A stretch of 63,059 nucleotides of DNA, filler included, from Rhabdomonas costata (lineage: Eukaryota): the NCBI GenBank assembly GCA_019059605.1. It is 48 parts of 48 records of this genome, joined end to end, with 100 filler letters (N's around TTAATTAATTAA, not from the genome) between each part and the next. Parts side by side here need not be neighbours in the genome. Positions count along the whole stretch, not along the records: positions 34,218 to 35,433 come from JAHMHO010023250.1; positions 35,534 to 36,748 come from JAHMHO010023251.1; positions 36,849 to 38,064 come from JAHMHO010023252.1; positions 38,165 to 39,380 come from JAHMHO010023253.1; positions 39,481 to 40,696 come from JAHMHO010023254.1; positions 40,797 to 42,012 come from JAHMHO010023255.1; positions 42,113 to 43,328 come from JAHMHO010023256.1; positions 43,429 to 44,644 come from JAHMHO010023257.1; 40 more parts are not named here. The stretch is one strand, 5' to 3'. Each line of letters begins with the position of its first letter. The first letter of the stretch is position 1. The notes under the pieces are model-generated. The model made no database searches. It had not been told where the DNA came from and saw nothing but the letters and a program-made list of their open reading frames with translations. Below, piece after piece: positions 35,017 through 46,213 of the stretch. Both the position numbers and the translations under genes were made by a program.

Positions 35017-35671
35017 GTCTGCGGGGGAAAGGAGCGCGCAATTGGAAAGGGCGGTAACGCTGCAGCCGAACGTGTGCATATTTCAGGCGTTGAGAGTAAA
35101 GTTTGCCGAACAGGCGAATGCGCAAGTCCAATCGCGCCTTCACAACAGCTTAGAGTCCCGATACTCGCCTCAGTTTCTTTATTCGAGAGATGGTATTGCC
35201 GAAAGAGCGGTTGGGTAGAACTTTTCGGCGCATTTAGGATGTTGTTCCCATTTCCTTGCTTTTTGGGGAGGGGGGTTTGCATGCCGTTGTCTCTTTGGAC
35301 ATAGCTTCTGCCCAAGTGGATCTGGCCAGCCTCAGCCCTGCCCTGTGGGTCAGTACATTCCCTCTGTGGGGGCGACCTCGGGATGCCTGCCATGGTTTGC
35401 CTCCAAGCCCCCCAACCCCAAACACACCCACACNNNNNNNNNNNNNNNNNNNNNNNNNNNNNNNNNNNNNNNNNNNNTTAATTAATTAANNNNNNNNNNN
35501 NNNNNNNNNNNNNNNNNNNNNNNNNNNNNNNNNGGGTGTTTTGTAACTTATGACATTATGACATGAAGCGCAGCCCTTCATATGGCAGAGCTTTTCATGA
35601 GGGCGATGCAAGAAAAAGTGGATGAGCAAACGAGAAGCGAGGGTGGAAAGTGGCTGGCTGGTAGAGCACAC

Positions 35672-36047
35672 CGCCGCCAAAGCGGTGCACCACGCCCAGC
35701 ATCCGGGTGAAGTAGGAGTTGAGGTGGCTCGAGACGTGCTCCGCGCCCTCCTCATGCTGCGCAAGGTCATCCGTGAGCTGGGTCCACCCCACGATGTCCA
35801 AAAACAGCGCCGCGCCGTGGGTGCTCTGCACGTGGTACTCCAGTGCGGGGAGCTCTGCCAAGTGCCTTAGCACGGACCGCGGGAGGTACGGGGCTAGCGC
35901 GGCCACCGAAGTGGGCTCCAGCCGGAGCTCCGGCACGGAGCCCATCGCGGTGTGCAACGCGGGTTCACAACAGAAGGAGAGGGTGGGGCCGGTGGCCGCG
36001 GCGGGCTCGCTGGGGGCGAGCAGAAGGGTGTTGGCCACGGCCATCAT
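35672..36047 (-). CDS. Class III nucleotidyl cyclase, soluble ADCY10-like, first catalytic domain N-terminal exon
   Basis: LAPYLPRSVL...HGAALFLDIVGWTQLTDDLA...GAEHVSSHLNSYFTRMLGVVHRFGG| matches LFxDISGFTxLTE...GAExLxxxLNxYFxxLIxxIxxxGGD. Confidence 0.85.
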
Positions 36048-37196
36048 AGTTTCCCGTCAGCACACGAAAAAAAATAACCGCACAGCTTACATATGTGCAC
36101 GGCGTTGCGGGGAGGGGGGAGCACGCTGGTGAATGAGCGAGTGAGCGAGCGTGTCGTTTCGAAGATCAGAGGGACGAGTATGTACAAGCAGGGTGTGCAC
36201 AGCACATAAAGCAAAAGAAAAAAAACAGTCAAGCGCACTGGGAAGAGCATTGCAGACGCAACGACAAAAATCTCTACCTTACTCTTATTTTCACGAGCGC
36301 AGTCTCGAGACCGTCTCGAGACGGCACAATGGCAAGAACACAGGGCTGCCCCACTGTGACAGTTTGCTTGGTTATGATCCTGCAGCATCTTGTATTTTTA
36401 AATGAAACAACAAGCAACGAGGGCAAAATTGAGGTGGTGACTCCCGGGGCCTTTTGTCTTTTTGTCACTATATCTGTGCCAGAGAGAGAGAGCCGCTGCT
36501 CCGGCAGAGGCTACAGTGAACAACCGCAGATCTGGAGCAAGTGTTCAGTGCCAAGTGCTTCATGGTGGGGTACATCCACAATTATTGAGAACCGACAACA
36601 AAAACAACGAACGTATCTGACATTTAGCATGCGATACGGGTGTCGCGTGGACCAGAACCACTTTGAAAGAAAGAAAACAGGTGGGCCCACACCGCACCCA
36701 TGGTTATGGTACCTAAGAGCATCCCACAACCTGTCCCGCCCCCACCCCNNNNNNNNNNNNNNNNNNNNNNNNNNNNNNNNNNNNNNNNNNNNTTAATTAA
36801 TTAANNNNNNNNNNNNNNNNNNNNNNNNNNNNNNNNNNNNNNNNNNNNTGTTTGTTGTCAAGAGGTCTTTTCTTTGATCGAGTGGATCATGATCCACTCG
36901 ATCAAAGAAAAGACCTCTTGACTACAAAATGAACGAAATCAATACCTATCACCCTTTGACGAAACATCAACGGCTCCCAGCACCACAAACACGGTATTTT
37001 CATGGGTTACTCCTCAATGTGAGGTGCCGGGGCTAGGCACAGATCATATTCTCCGGGTGAGGTGGCTGCCATATGGTGGGCTTGCCTGGACACCACACAT
37101 GCCGCAGCGTGCCACCCGGTCCGAAGGCTCAGGATGGCCTCGTTGAGCGCTGGTCGGGCTCTTCGTTGCGGTGGGCATGCCACTGGCCGTCCTCAC

Positions 37197-37442
37197 CCGA
37201 TGGTGGTCGAAACAGGCGTGGCACGACGAAATCTCATTCTTGGCCCCACAGAGGGGCAGGAAGTTAGAAGCGTCCCACGGCAGCCCTCGCAGGGCCACGG
37301 GCGTAGGAAGGATGTGGGCTCTCGAGACTGGGTGGCGCTGCGCAGCGCTGCAGGGGAAGGGCAGCGGGGGATTCTGTGGGTTGTACTGGAACCCGCAAAC
37401 GCAGCAGGCCACCGGCACGGACACATTCGAAGGGGTTTCCAT
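37197..37442 (-). CDS. HNH endonuclease (HNH_2-type) domain exon
   Basis: CCVCG...VSRAHILP...WDASNFLPLCGAKNEISSCHACFDHHR| fits CxxCG / AHIxP / NxLxLC / CHxxFD. Confidence 0.7.
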
Positions 37443-38244
37443 CGAGAGGGCGATGTGCGCAGGAGGATTCGATTCTGCAGACTCTTCTTCTCCTGAAACC
37501 GGAGCACCCGCTCGGCTTCTGAAAACCCTGCAGAAATGCAGAAGAAACCTAAAGCGCGGACAGGGGACCACGAAGCCTATGCAGGCTCGCTCAGTAGAAA
37601 TACAGCTTGAAGCCCTCCCCTTCTCCCCTGGGGCAAATCAGATTGGTCACCGGGACTGAACCGCCCGAAGACTACGAACTTGGGGCGCCACCACTCCAGG
37701 GGTCAAGAAAGAAAGAAAGACCCAAGCCCAGAACGGGAAAAATGCAAGGCTACATCCTATCCCCTGACAAAATGTTCTGGAATTGCTTCTGTTTGTCCGG
37801 CAGACAAGCCAACCAACTCATCTCATAAGAACTACCATCCCAACAAATATCTGTGGCAACACAACCACACAAAATATCGCTTACGTAGAGGGTAATTAAT
37901 TCAAGTGAGCGGGAGAGAGGGAACAACCAACCTGACGCTGACGCTTTTACCGGGGCCCAGTCCTCGAAGCGCTCCGTGCCCAGCTTCTGCAGTTGCCCGG
38001 GGCCAAAGATTGTTCCAATCATGGCTCAACCGGAACACTGCTATCGCCTTTCTGCCAAACCCCCNNNNNNNNNNNNNNNNNNNNNNNNNNNNNNNNNNNN
38101 NNNNNNNNTTAATTAATTAANNNNNNNNNNNNNNNNNNNNNNNNNNNNNNNNNNNNNNNNNNNNCGTACCAATGATAGAACCCCTGGATCCCTGGGAAGG
38201 CCACACAACGAGATGCTGCTCGAAGCTGTTTACAAAAGTCAAAC

Positions 38245-38542
38245 CTCCGCTCCTTCTGGTGGAACAGGAACAGCTCCTCCAAGTTCTTTGGCCTGACGAC
38301 CACTGCCCCACCACGGGGGACCTGGGCTGGTAGGCTGGCGCGAGGTTGGTATGGGGCGGATGCAGGCGGCCTTGCTGGAAGGGTTTGTGGCGGAACCCGG
38401 CGAAAGGCAGGCGGTTGAGGGGCAGCGGCACGAAGAGGTGGACGTGGAGGAACCCTCATCGGGTACGTGGGCTTCGCAGCATAGGGAGACCTCTGAGGAA
38501 CGCCATAGGGCCGGGCACCGCCATAGCCTCCTCGAGGGCGTC
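38245..38542 (-). CDS. RG/Pro-rich low-complexity exon ending PKNLEELFLFHQKERR (possible RNA-export adaptor-like protein)
   Basis: An AG/GT-bounded exon with an RGG start. The resemblance to PKTLDxxF motifs is weak. Confidence 0.4.
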
Positions 38543-39700
38543 CTGAAATGCAGCAGAACAAAAATCAGAAACAGCAAATCGCTGCTGGCAACTGCCTGCA
38601 GTTCTCTCTTGGAGAGCCTTTACACATGGGAGGCCACTGTTTCCGGTCGTTTTACCTCTACCTCCCTCTGGCCGATCTAGTTTCAAAATGAGATTGGTGA
38701 GGGAATTTTTCGCTGCCAACTAAAAAACTAAAAAAGTTCGACGAAACGGTGTGCAGGAGCAAGTATAGCAGGGCTGCCATATCTGCTGAGCCCGCCAAGG
38801 GGAGAGCGACGTGAAGACAGGGAATGGAGCGAAAGATCCGTGACGGAAGGAAAAACGTTGGCATCGGAGGAACACTTTACATCCAGAACTACACACGGGG
38901 AAGGGGGCGCGTTTTAGCAAGATTTTCCAGCTTTTTTCTCTCACTGGTTTCCTCTATAAACATTTGACCTTCACCATTCTCCACGAAACGCCAGCGTAAT
39001 TTATTCGTTCGCCAGTGTAATTTATTGCAGTGCCTGTTGCCCGACCATCAACAACCTGTGCGATGCTGCCATAACATCTGCGTTCCAAAAAATGAAGTAA
39101 AAATTTTATATAATCAATTCCACAACTTTTTACATAGAAATAAACATAGAAACAAAATTAGAAACAAGAAAAATTGAGAAATTTTGACCTTTCTGAAGAT
39201 AACGTTGCCACTCCATGACGTGTTTTTAAATATCCTTTTTCTCTGCGCTTTCAGTATCTGTAAATTTCTTTGTTGCTCTTTTGTCAATTTAATATGTTTT
39301 CTTTTAAAACAAATTAATTAAAACAATACTTGGACGGGGGAGTGAAAATTTCCCCGAGAAGAAATTTCCCACCCCCACCCNNNNNNNNNNNNNNNNNNNN
39401 NNNNNNNNNNNNNNNNNNNNNNNNTTAATTAATTAANNNNNNNNNNNNNNNNNNNNNNNNNNNNNNNNNNNNNNNNNNNNCTTCCCTCTTCCGAGTGGTT
39501 CTCTCTGGCCGCACCCCTTTGAGTCGCACCCCCGACAGGTTGGCTTGTCTGCCGTACTTGCCCCGTTTCGAGCAAACGGCTCTAAACGTGTTGGGGTGTG
39601 CTTCTCATGTGGTCCTCTACCTCTGCAAACAACTCGCTGGGGGAACTTCCAGCCTCTGGGTGCCCGTCGTCGGTTATGGTCTGATGCGGTGGGCACTCAG

Positions 39701-40555
39701 GTTCTCGCCTGGGAGGACGTGGCCGCGGCCGCGGTTGCCGTGGATCCGCTCTTCTCCGCCACCCCTTCGCCAATTACGCTGCAGCGCACGGCGGACTCCC
39801 CAACTACCGTTGTGCTGAGCCTGGGCAGCTGCACGGCTGCGGTGGTGTTCACGATGAATCCCATTGTCGCCCTCACCGGTCACCCGGCACTGTCCAGCTC
39901 TGGTTCGAAAACCCGCCCCCTCTTGTTTCACATGCAACCCCCCCCCGCTTAACCGCACAAACGGTAGTACGCGCATGTGTGTACACATGTCATTGGTCGA
40001 TTGCAGGAGCGCAGCCGGTGAACTATTGATTTTTCTGTGCACGTATTTCCTGCGCCATTCAAAAATCGTTTCCATTCTCTTACTGGCAGGTACTTCAATC
40101 ACTCCTTCGCCCTAATCCCACCCACAGGCTAGTCCATAGCCAGCATCACCTTTGGGATGCAAACCAAGAATACTCACCTGTACAACACTGGCACAAGTCA
40201 CGTAACCCCCATACATCACACTGAAGTCATTTCGAGGGTGCTTGCATTAGTTACCAAACCTCTTGCAGTTGTAAATCCTTTCCGGTCACAGCGATCCGAT
40301 CTCGGAGCTGGGTCTCTGACGCCATCTCCTTCACCCGAGTCCTCCGCGACTCCAGTGGCACTGGGGCCACGCTGGTTCGCAACAGCTCTGTTGTGTTCCA
40401 GCTTCAGAATCCTTCCCCGGTTCAGGAGCTGCACGTGTGCCGCTTCGAGACTGGTGACCCGACGTGCTACAGCGACGCGGTGGTGGAGGCCCCAGTGGGC
40501 TCCTCATTGCTGTACACAGTGACCAGCCCACAGACGTCATTCTTCGTTGCTTTCG
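39701..40555 (+). CDS. Beta-rich secreted protein fragment (exons about 39701-39879 and 40356-40555; joining unresolved)
   Basis: Two AG/GT-bounded GC3-rich segments: VLAWEDVAAAAV... and ...VFQLQNPSPVQELHVCRFETGDPTCYSD... Confidence 0.4.
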
Positions 40556-40822
40556 GTGTGGGCCCTTCTACCTCGCCCCAAGCTATATAACACTTCGTGC
40601 TTTTGCCTCTCTCACGCCATTCACTCTCTCGGATAAGGCTAACCATGACTCTGCGAGCACCCTTCTGCGTTCGCAGGCTTCTGCCCCACACCACAANNNN
40701 NNNNNNNNNNNNNNNNNNNNNNNNNNNNNNNNNNNNNNNNTTAATTAATTAANNNNNNNNNNNNNNNNNNNNNNNNNNNNNNNNNNNNNNNNNNNNTGTT
40801 GTGTGTGCCTTATTTTGCCTAG

Positions 40823-41979
40823 TTATGATCGTGACACTCTCGCTGACGCATTGCGGCCTGAGGTTCATCCTGACGGGTCCAAAATTTTGTCCTATGGCGA
40901 GGAAGAGGAGTGGATGTACATCATTCGGGAAGGCCGTGTGGCGATGATTGGTTTCCCCTCCTTTCTTTCAAGTCACTTTTGTTAAGATCGTCGGGTTCTG
41001 CATGGTCACCCCCCAAAGGACCTCTGCCTCCCGGTCGTCCCACACTACCGTTGTTCTTTTCCCAGCCCGTTATCTTTTTGTTTCAATTTAAAGGGTGCAC
41101 AATTGGATGGTTGGATTTATGTCAAATACCTAATGCTTGCTTTAGGTCCATGGAAAACTGAACTTCATTAAACTTTACAACTTTATTTTCGCCCGGCTTT
41201 TCCCCCGTTTATACGTTTTCTCATAATTTGGTGAAAAGCTGCCCTTACCGCAGGACGCTCACTGGAAAGCGGAGAGCACATCAAGATATGCGAGTTCCGC
41301 GAGGGTCATCATTTCGGAGAGCTGGAGTTTGTCAACACCCATCCGTACATCACTGACGCTGTCTGCATTGGTGCGGCTTCTCCGCGTTCGCCTGTTTCTC
41401 TATTCTTGGAGGTTTTCTGCCACTCAGTGCCATCCTGGGATTTGTTTTCAGGTCCCACGAAAGTTGTGAAATTGAACCGCTACCACATTGAGCTGTGCAT
41501 GGTATGGTAACCATGTTTCTCCTATAATTACAACCGGTTGCCGACGCAAGTCTTCTTCAGTGATTCAGTGATGTGCAGGACTTAGCCGGTATATTTTGCA
41601 ATTACCAGGAGACTTGACTTTTGGTCTGTGTTCATGGCTGCTCAACGGGCATACCAGTCACAAAGGTGATTCCCAAGAGACACCAATGAGATGTGGTCTG
41701 GGCCCCAGCTACAGCCGTTGCGGTTTCGTCATTACCATCTGTTTTCAAGAGTTGTCCTTTGACCTTCACGGTTGAAGCATATTGAAAGCTGCTCAACCGG
41801 GGGATTGCACTCTTCACCCTTCCTTTCCATTGCTTCCCCACCCCATCTCTTCTGTGCCCTACCGTTCAGAGCAGCATTAGGCAGATGCTCTTCGCCAACT
41901 TCAATAACCCCGTGTTCAGCTACTATAGGGAGAAAATGCTGGCACGCTCACTGAAGTACATCGGCAGAGCTGGGAGAAG
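40823..41979 (+). CDS. PKAR: PKA regulatory subunit-like protein, CNB-B domain, euglenozoan (trypanosomatid-like) type. Exons 40823-40950, 41254-41370, 41452-41501, 41870-~41979
   Basis: Spliced translation: YDRDTLADALRPEVHPDGSKILSYGEEEEWMYIIREGRVAMI|GRSLESGEHIKICEFREGHHFGELEFVNTHPYITDAVCI|GPTKVVKLNRYHIELCM|SSIRQMLFANFNNPVFSYYREKML. This is collinear with trypanosomatid PKAR motifs as I recall them (LADAL, YGEEGEWLYII, CEF..GDHIGELEFLNNH, KLNRRHFEMC, YEYY). All three introns are GT-AG and phase-consistent. Confidence 0.88.
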
Positions 41980-42140
41980 GCGAGCCCCCACTGTCTCTTC
42001 AGGTTCCCACCCNNNNNNNNNNNNNNNNNNNNNNNNNNNNNNNNNNNNNNNNNNNNTTAATTAATTAANNNNNNNNNNNNNNNNNNNNNNNNNNNNNNNN
42101 NNNNNNNNNNNNGGGGTTTGGTGATTTTCTGTTTCAACAG

Positions 42141-42804
42141 AGAGGTGACGCTGGAAAACGTCTTTACGGCCTTTTGGCAGGGCTTCTAAGAGGTACTTGA
42201 CTCCTTTCGAGTTCGTCGGCAATCTTAACTTTGCCGTGAAGTCTGCTGGGAAATGCCGTTGGAAAATCCTCTGTTGCAGGAGTGCTGCGCGAGGCCATCG
42301 CTGGCGTTGACCCAGGGCAGCGAAAGATTAACATTGAGAAATGCTGGAATTTCTACAAGGACAAGAAGAAACAGCTTCTGGACTGGAAGCTGGACCGCAA
42401 GGTTTGATTTCGTTTACAACCTGCAAATCGTGGGGACAAGTCCGAAAGTCCTTACTTTAAGATTCAGCCTTCTCTCAGATGTTGCGCTTTCTTTTCTAAT
42501 TCTCCTGAAATTAGTTTCCTTCCCCTTACTTTCCCGCCGTATTCCCGGTTCTCCAAAGTTTTCTTTCGCGCACAAGCATGTGCCTACATGTACTTATATG
42601 CACGGTCCCTGTCACCGAAATCAAAAATTGGGCACAGTCCTCACCCGCAAGCTCATTCCACGCTCCGGCTCCGCTTGTGGCGAGCTTTGTGTGGCGGCGT
42701 TCCACATTGGGGTTTGTGACTTTCTTGCAGGCGACAACTCCAGCGGAGGGGGAAGAGCCCGACGAGGCTGCCCGGGAATCCCCTCCTCCCGGAACTCCTG
42801 ACCA
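42141..42804 (+). CDS. Hypothetical protein fragment. Exons 42141-42192, 42280-42401, 42731-42804
   Basis: Phase-consistent splicing gives RGDAGKRLYGLLAGLLR|GVLREAIAGVDPGQRKINIEKCWNFYKDKKKQLLDWKLDRK|ATTPAEGEEPDE. Confidence 0.6.
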
Positions 42805-43996
42805 GTATGGGCGCATCCTCTGTTAATTGCTAATTATTTACTTTTCGCATGATGAAATTGTGAGGGAAAAGCTTTGCTGTCGATACCAATTCAGGTTTCC
42901 CTTATTCAAAGAATTGCAATGCTTCCTTATTTGTCGGAGGTCTACCCGTCCAGGCCCTTCTTTCTAATCTCATTCGATTTGCATGGAGGTACGGAATTGT
43001 CAAATCAGACAACTTTCCTAGAGGCTATGCGTTATCCAATCTGATTTTGCTCCCAGCTTGTGAAGTCGTGCGGATAGCACGTTGTTTCCAATATCGAAGT
43101 GTGAAACCTTTCCCCTCTCTGTTGGCAGCAACGTTCTCGCACGCAAAAGCTTTGTGTATCTGCCGAATCGCCGCCCCAACTTTTGTACGTGCCGCTAGAT
43201 GGCGTTTCGAAGGCGCTATTCGGCGTTTTCGCAGACCTTGCCAAACCTTCATTTGGTCGTCTTGCGCACGAAAAACCGTCCAATGCGCATTTATGCATTT
43301 TGCAAGTCCACTGTGCGACCCCCCACCCNNNNNNNNNNNNNNNNNNNNNNNNNNNNNNNNNNNNNNNNNNNNTTAATTAATTAANNNNNNNNNNNNNNNN
43401 NNNNNNNNNNNNNNNNNNNNNNNNNNNNGGGCAGATGGTTTAATTCACAGAGCTCAACAATCGCTCCGCGGCACGTGCTTCAAGGTGTGCACTCAATGCT
43501 TACCCTATTCGTCAATAAATGCTCGAACTTCCCAGAACGACATTTCGGAAACATTTGCAGCGAAGTTCGCCTCACCCATGACTCCGTATTCAAACAATGC
43601 CCTTAAATAGCTTTCGCAGGGAGACTCCCAAGGACGACTGACGTTATGCCCGAAGTGCCCCCCGCAGGGAATGTCTGGGACCTCTCCCCACAAGTGGGGT
43701 CATCTAATCGACGGCTTGCTACGGGCTATCGAGATATCCCCGACTCCCGGCACACTCGGCTTATATACCGGCACTACTAGCCAGCCTATAGCCCATGAGT
43801 AAAATGGCACACAGTACCCCAGCGCATGTGTGGGAGTGGGCGCAGTTTGGTGTTTGTGTTTGTGTGTTTGTGTGTTTGTGGTGGTAGGTCCTTCCGGGCT
43901 CGATCACCCAAGGGGCACGGCATCAAAGCCCCAGGCCTCAACTGGTTCGTTTCCTGGTATGTCGACGACAGCCCTGTGCGAGTGAACCCCCGGAAA

Positions 43997-44641
43997 TGAT
44001 ATCTTGGAGTCATATCGAGCAAGGAGCCCAGAGGGGGTCTTCCTTGCTGCATTTAAGCTCCGACGGTTGTCGAAAGAAAAACCAGAGATAGAGATAGAGA
44101 GAAAGATAGAGGGGGTCAACACCGATGGATTTGCGTCAGGAAAAACTCCGCATTTTCCATTTCTTTGCTGTTCATCAGCTCTTAGAGTAATAGGAGTCCA
44201 ACAAGGGTGGAAAAAGCAGCATGTGATGATGATAAGCTCAAGCTCAGGTCCACCCGAGACAGTCATCACTTAATATTGCCCTGTTAACATTGCTTCGAAA
44301 AAGTGCGTACCACACGTGCCTGACTTCGAGAAATCGCGCTTCCATTCACCTATCCAGCATCACCGATCGAGGAGACATCCATATATCGCATCCCCATAAA
44401 CCGCTGTACACTAGCACACATACAGAACACTGGAAAATACCGAAATGGCAGCTTTCACTATCCCAGGCACAGCATCTGGGATTCTCCCATTCCGCACAAG
44501 CAAATGGCAGCCTCTCAAGGAGGAGCCCTGTGAGAATGCTGCTAAAGAAAAATTGATATCTTGGAGTCATATCGAGCAAGGAGCCCAGAGGGGGTCTTCC
44601 TGGCTGCATTTAGGCTCCGACGGTTGTCGAAACAAAAACCA
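43997..44641 (+). repeat. Imperfect direct repeat of about 85 bp (43997-~44083 and 44554-~44641)
   Basis: TGATATCTTGGAGTCATATCGAGCAAGGAGCCCAGAGGGGGTCTTCC... occurs twice, 557 nt apart, with about 3 substitutions. Confidence 0.9.
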
Positions 44642-45340
44642 CACNNNNNNNNNNNNNNNNNNNNNNNNNNNNNNNNNNNNNNNNNNNNTTAATTAATTAA
44701 NNNNNNNNNNNNNNNNNNNNNNNNNNNNNNNNNNNNNNNNNNNNGGAGGACATGGAACGGAAAGGATGTGAAAGGCTGCTTTTGGTGGGGTTTGCTTGTG
44801 CTCACACTCCTCCTCTGGATGTAGACATCTGCCTGCAATTGCAGTTGGTTTGTTGCCGGCTTTTTTCTTCCCGGACGACGACTTTTGTTGTATTTTTGGT
44901 TCCAGAGCAAGATAGCAACAAACAGACGCTACAGTGCCCCAACACCAAATCGGTTGGTCCAAATTAGGCAGACGAAATCTACAAAAACCATCGAGTTTTG
45001 AATTCTCTACTTCTGCACACACCGCCAACAGCAAATGCGCATTGCTGGCCTCGGTGCTCTCGGAACAGATTCTTGTAAGGAAAATCAACACTGCCACAAC
45101 TGCCACAACATCTTACAATCAAGAATGCTATACACGACGACATGAAAAGAAATGAAAAGACATACACACAGAGCGGTGTTCAACCAAAAAGTGCACGTCT
45201 GTGGAGCCATGCAGAAATCCAAGCATACCTTTCCACACACACCCGCAAGGGAAAGAGCAAGCCCCCCCTTTTTTCGTGGTCGGGGGCCCACCCACGGGCC
45301 CCCTGTTCATGTTCATTCCTCTGAGTGGCAAACGCTCCTT

Positions 45341-45815
45341 TTATGCCTGGACTTGCTCGGGATCGCCGCTTCCTCCATCGGCTTTGCTGGCCTCCTCGTA
45401 GTCCTCGAACCCCAACAAGTTCTCTGCAAACGCCTTAGCGGTGATGTTTTCCTCCAGCATGTCAATTGAAGTCACGGTCTCCCCCAGAAGTGACTTCAGG
45501 CAGGAGTCCACCTATAAAATAACGCCAAAACAGCGACCATCCCTGCTTTCTCCTCAATCCAAATTTGTTGTACCTTGAGTCCAGCAGAGTCGCAGTACAC
45601 ATACCGAGAAGCCATTGCTTGCTGTAGGGATGCACAAACTAAAAGCAACCCTCTCCAAAAAAAATCCAAAAGAAAGAGCAAACTTTTCGGCTCTGAAGGG
45701 GAAACTCAATATGATAAATTGCAAAAACGGGGCGCTACGAAGCCAACCTCGATCTGGTGCAAGGGCTCCCCTCGGTGCATCAGAAGCTCAAACAGAGTGT
45801 CGCGGTCGATAACCC
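45341..45815 (-). CDS. CFAP251: Cilia- and flagella-associated protein 251 (WDR66)-like C-terminus. Exons 45815-45748, 45511-45341
   Basis: GVIDRDTLFELLMHRGEPLHQIE|VDSCLKSLLGETVTSIDMLEENITAKAFAENLLGFEDYEE...* matches the CFAP251 tail pattern LxxxGExxxxxELxxCLxxLLG...ITAxxFAxxxLGF. Confidence 0.7.
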
Positions 45816-46213
45816 CTATGGTGGAGGACATTAACACAAACTGAACATATCCAACTTTCAAGCCTGTCACCTACAATGTCGCAGTGACGCTGTGCTTGAT
45901 TGTTTTTACGTGGGGAACAGCAGCCAATACAATGGCACTCCAATCTTACACCAACCCCCNNNNNNNNNNNNNNNNNNNNNNNNNNNNNNNNNNNNNNNNN
46001 NNNTTAATTAATTAANNNNNNNNNNNNNNNNNNNNNNNNNNNNNNNNNNNNNNNNNNNNGGTTTTGGTTTGTTGAAGAGTTTTTGCACTATTATCCATCA
46101 CGAAGATCACATCATTCCACATACCCGCTGGTATAGCCAAACAAGGAAGTGACTCCGGAACAACTCGTCACGAACAGGATGCGGACAAGAGAGAGAGGTA
46201 AGAGACGGGGGTA

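Noticed and set aside
36857-36922. Perfect 66-bp palindrome (and the other terminal hairpins) as MITE TIRs, hairpin telomeres, pre-miRNAs or euglenid non-conventional introns
   Set aside because: They are perfect, sit at contig ends, share no sequence and have no TSD. An amplification fold-back explains them better.
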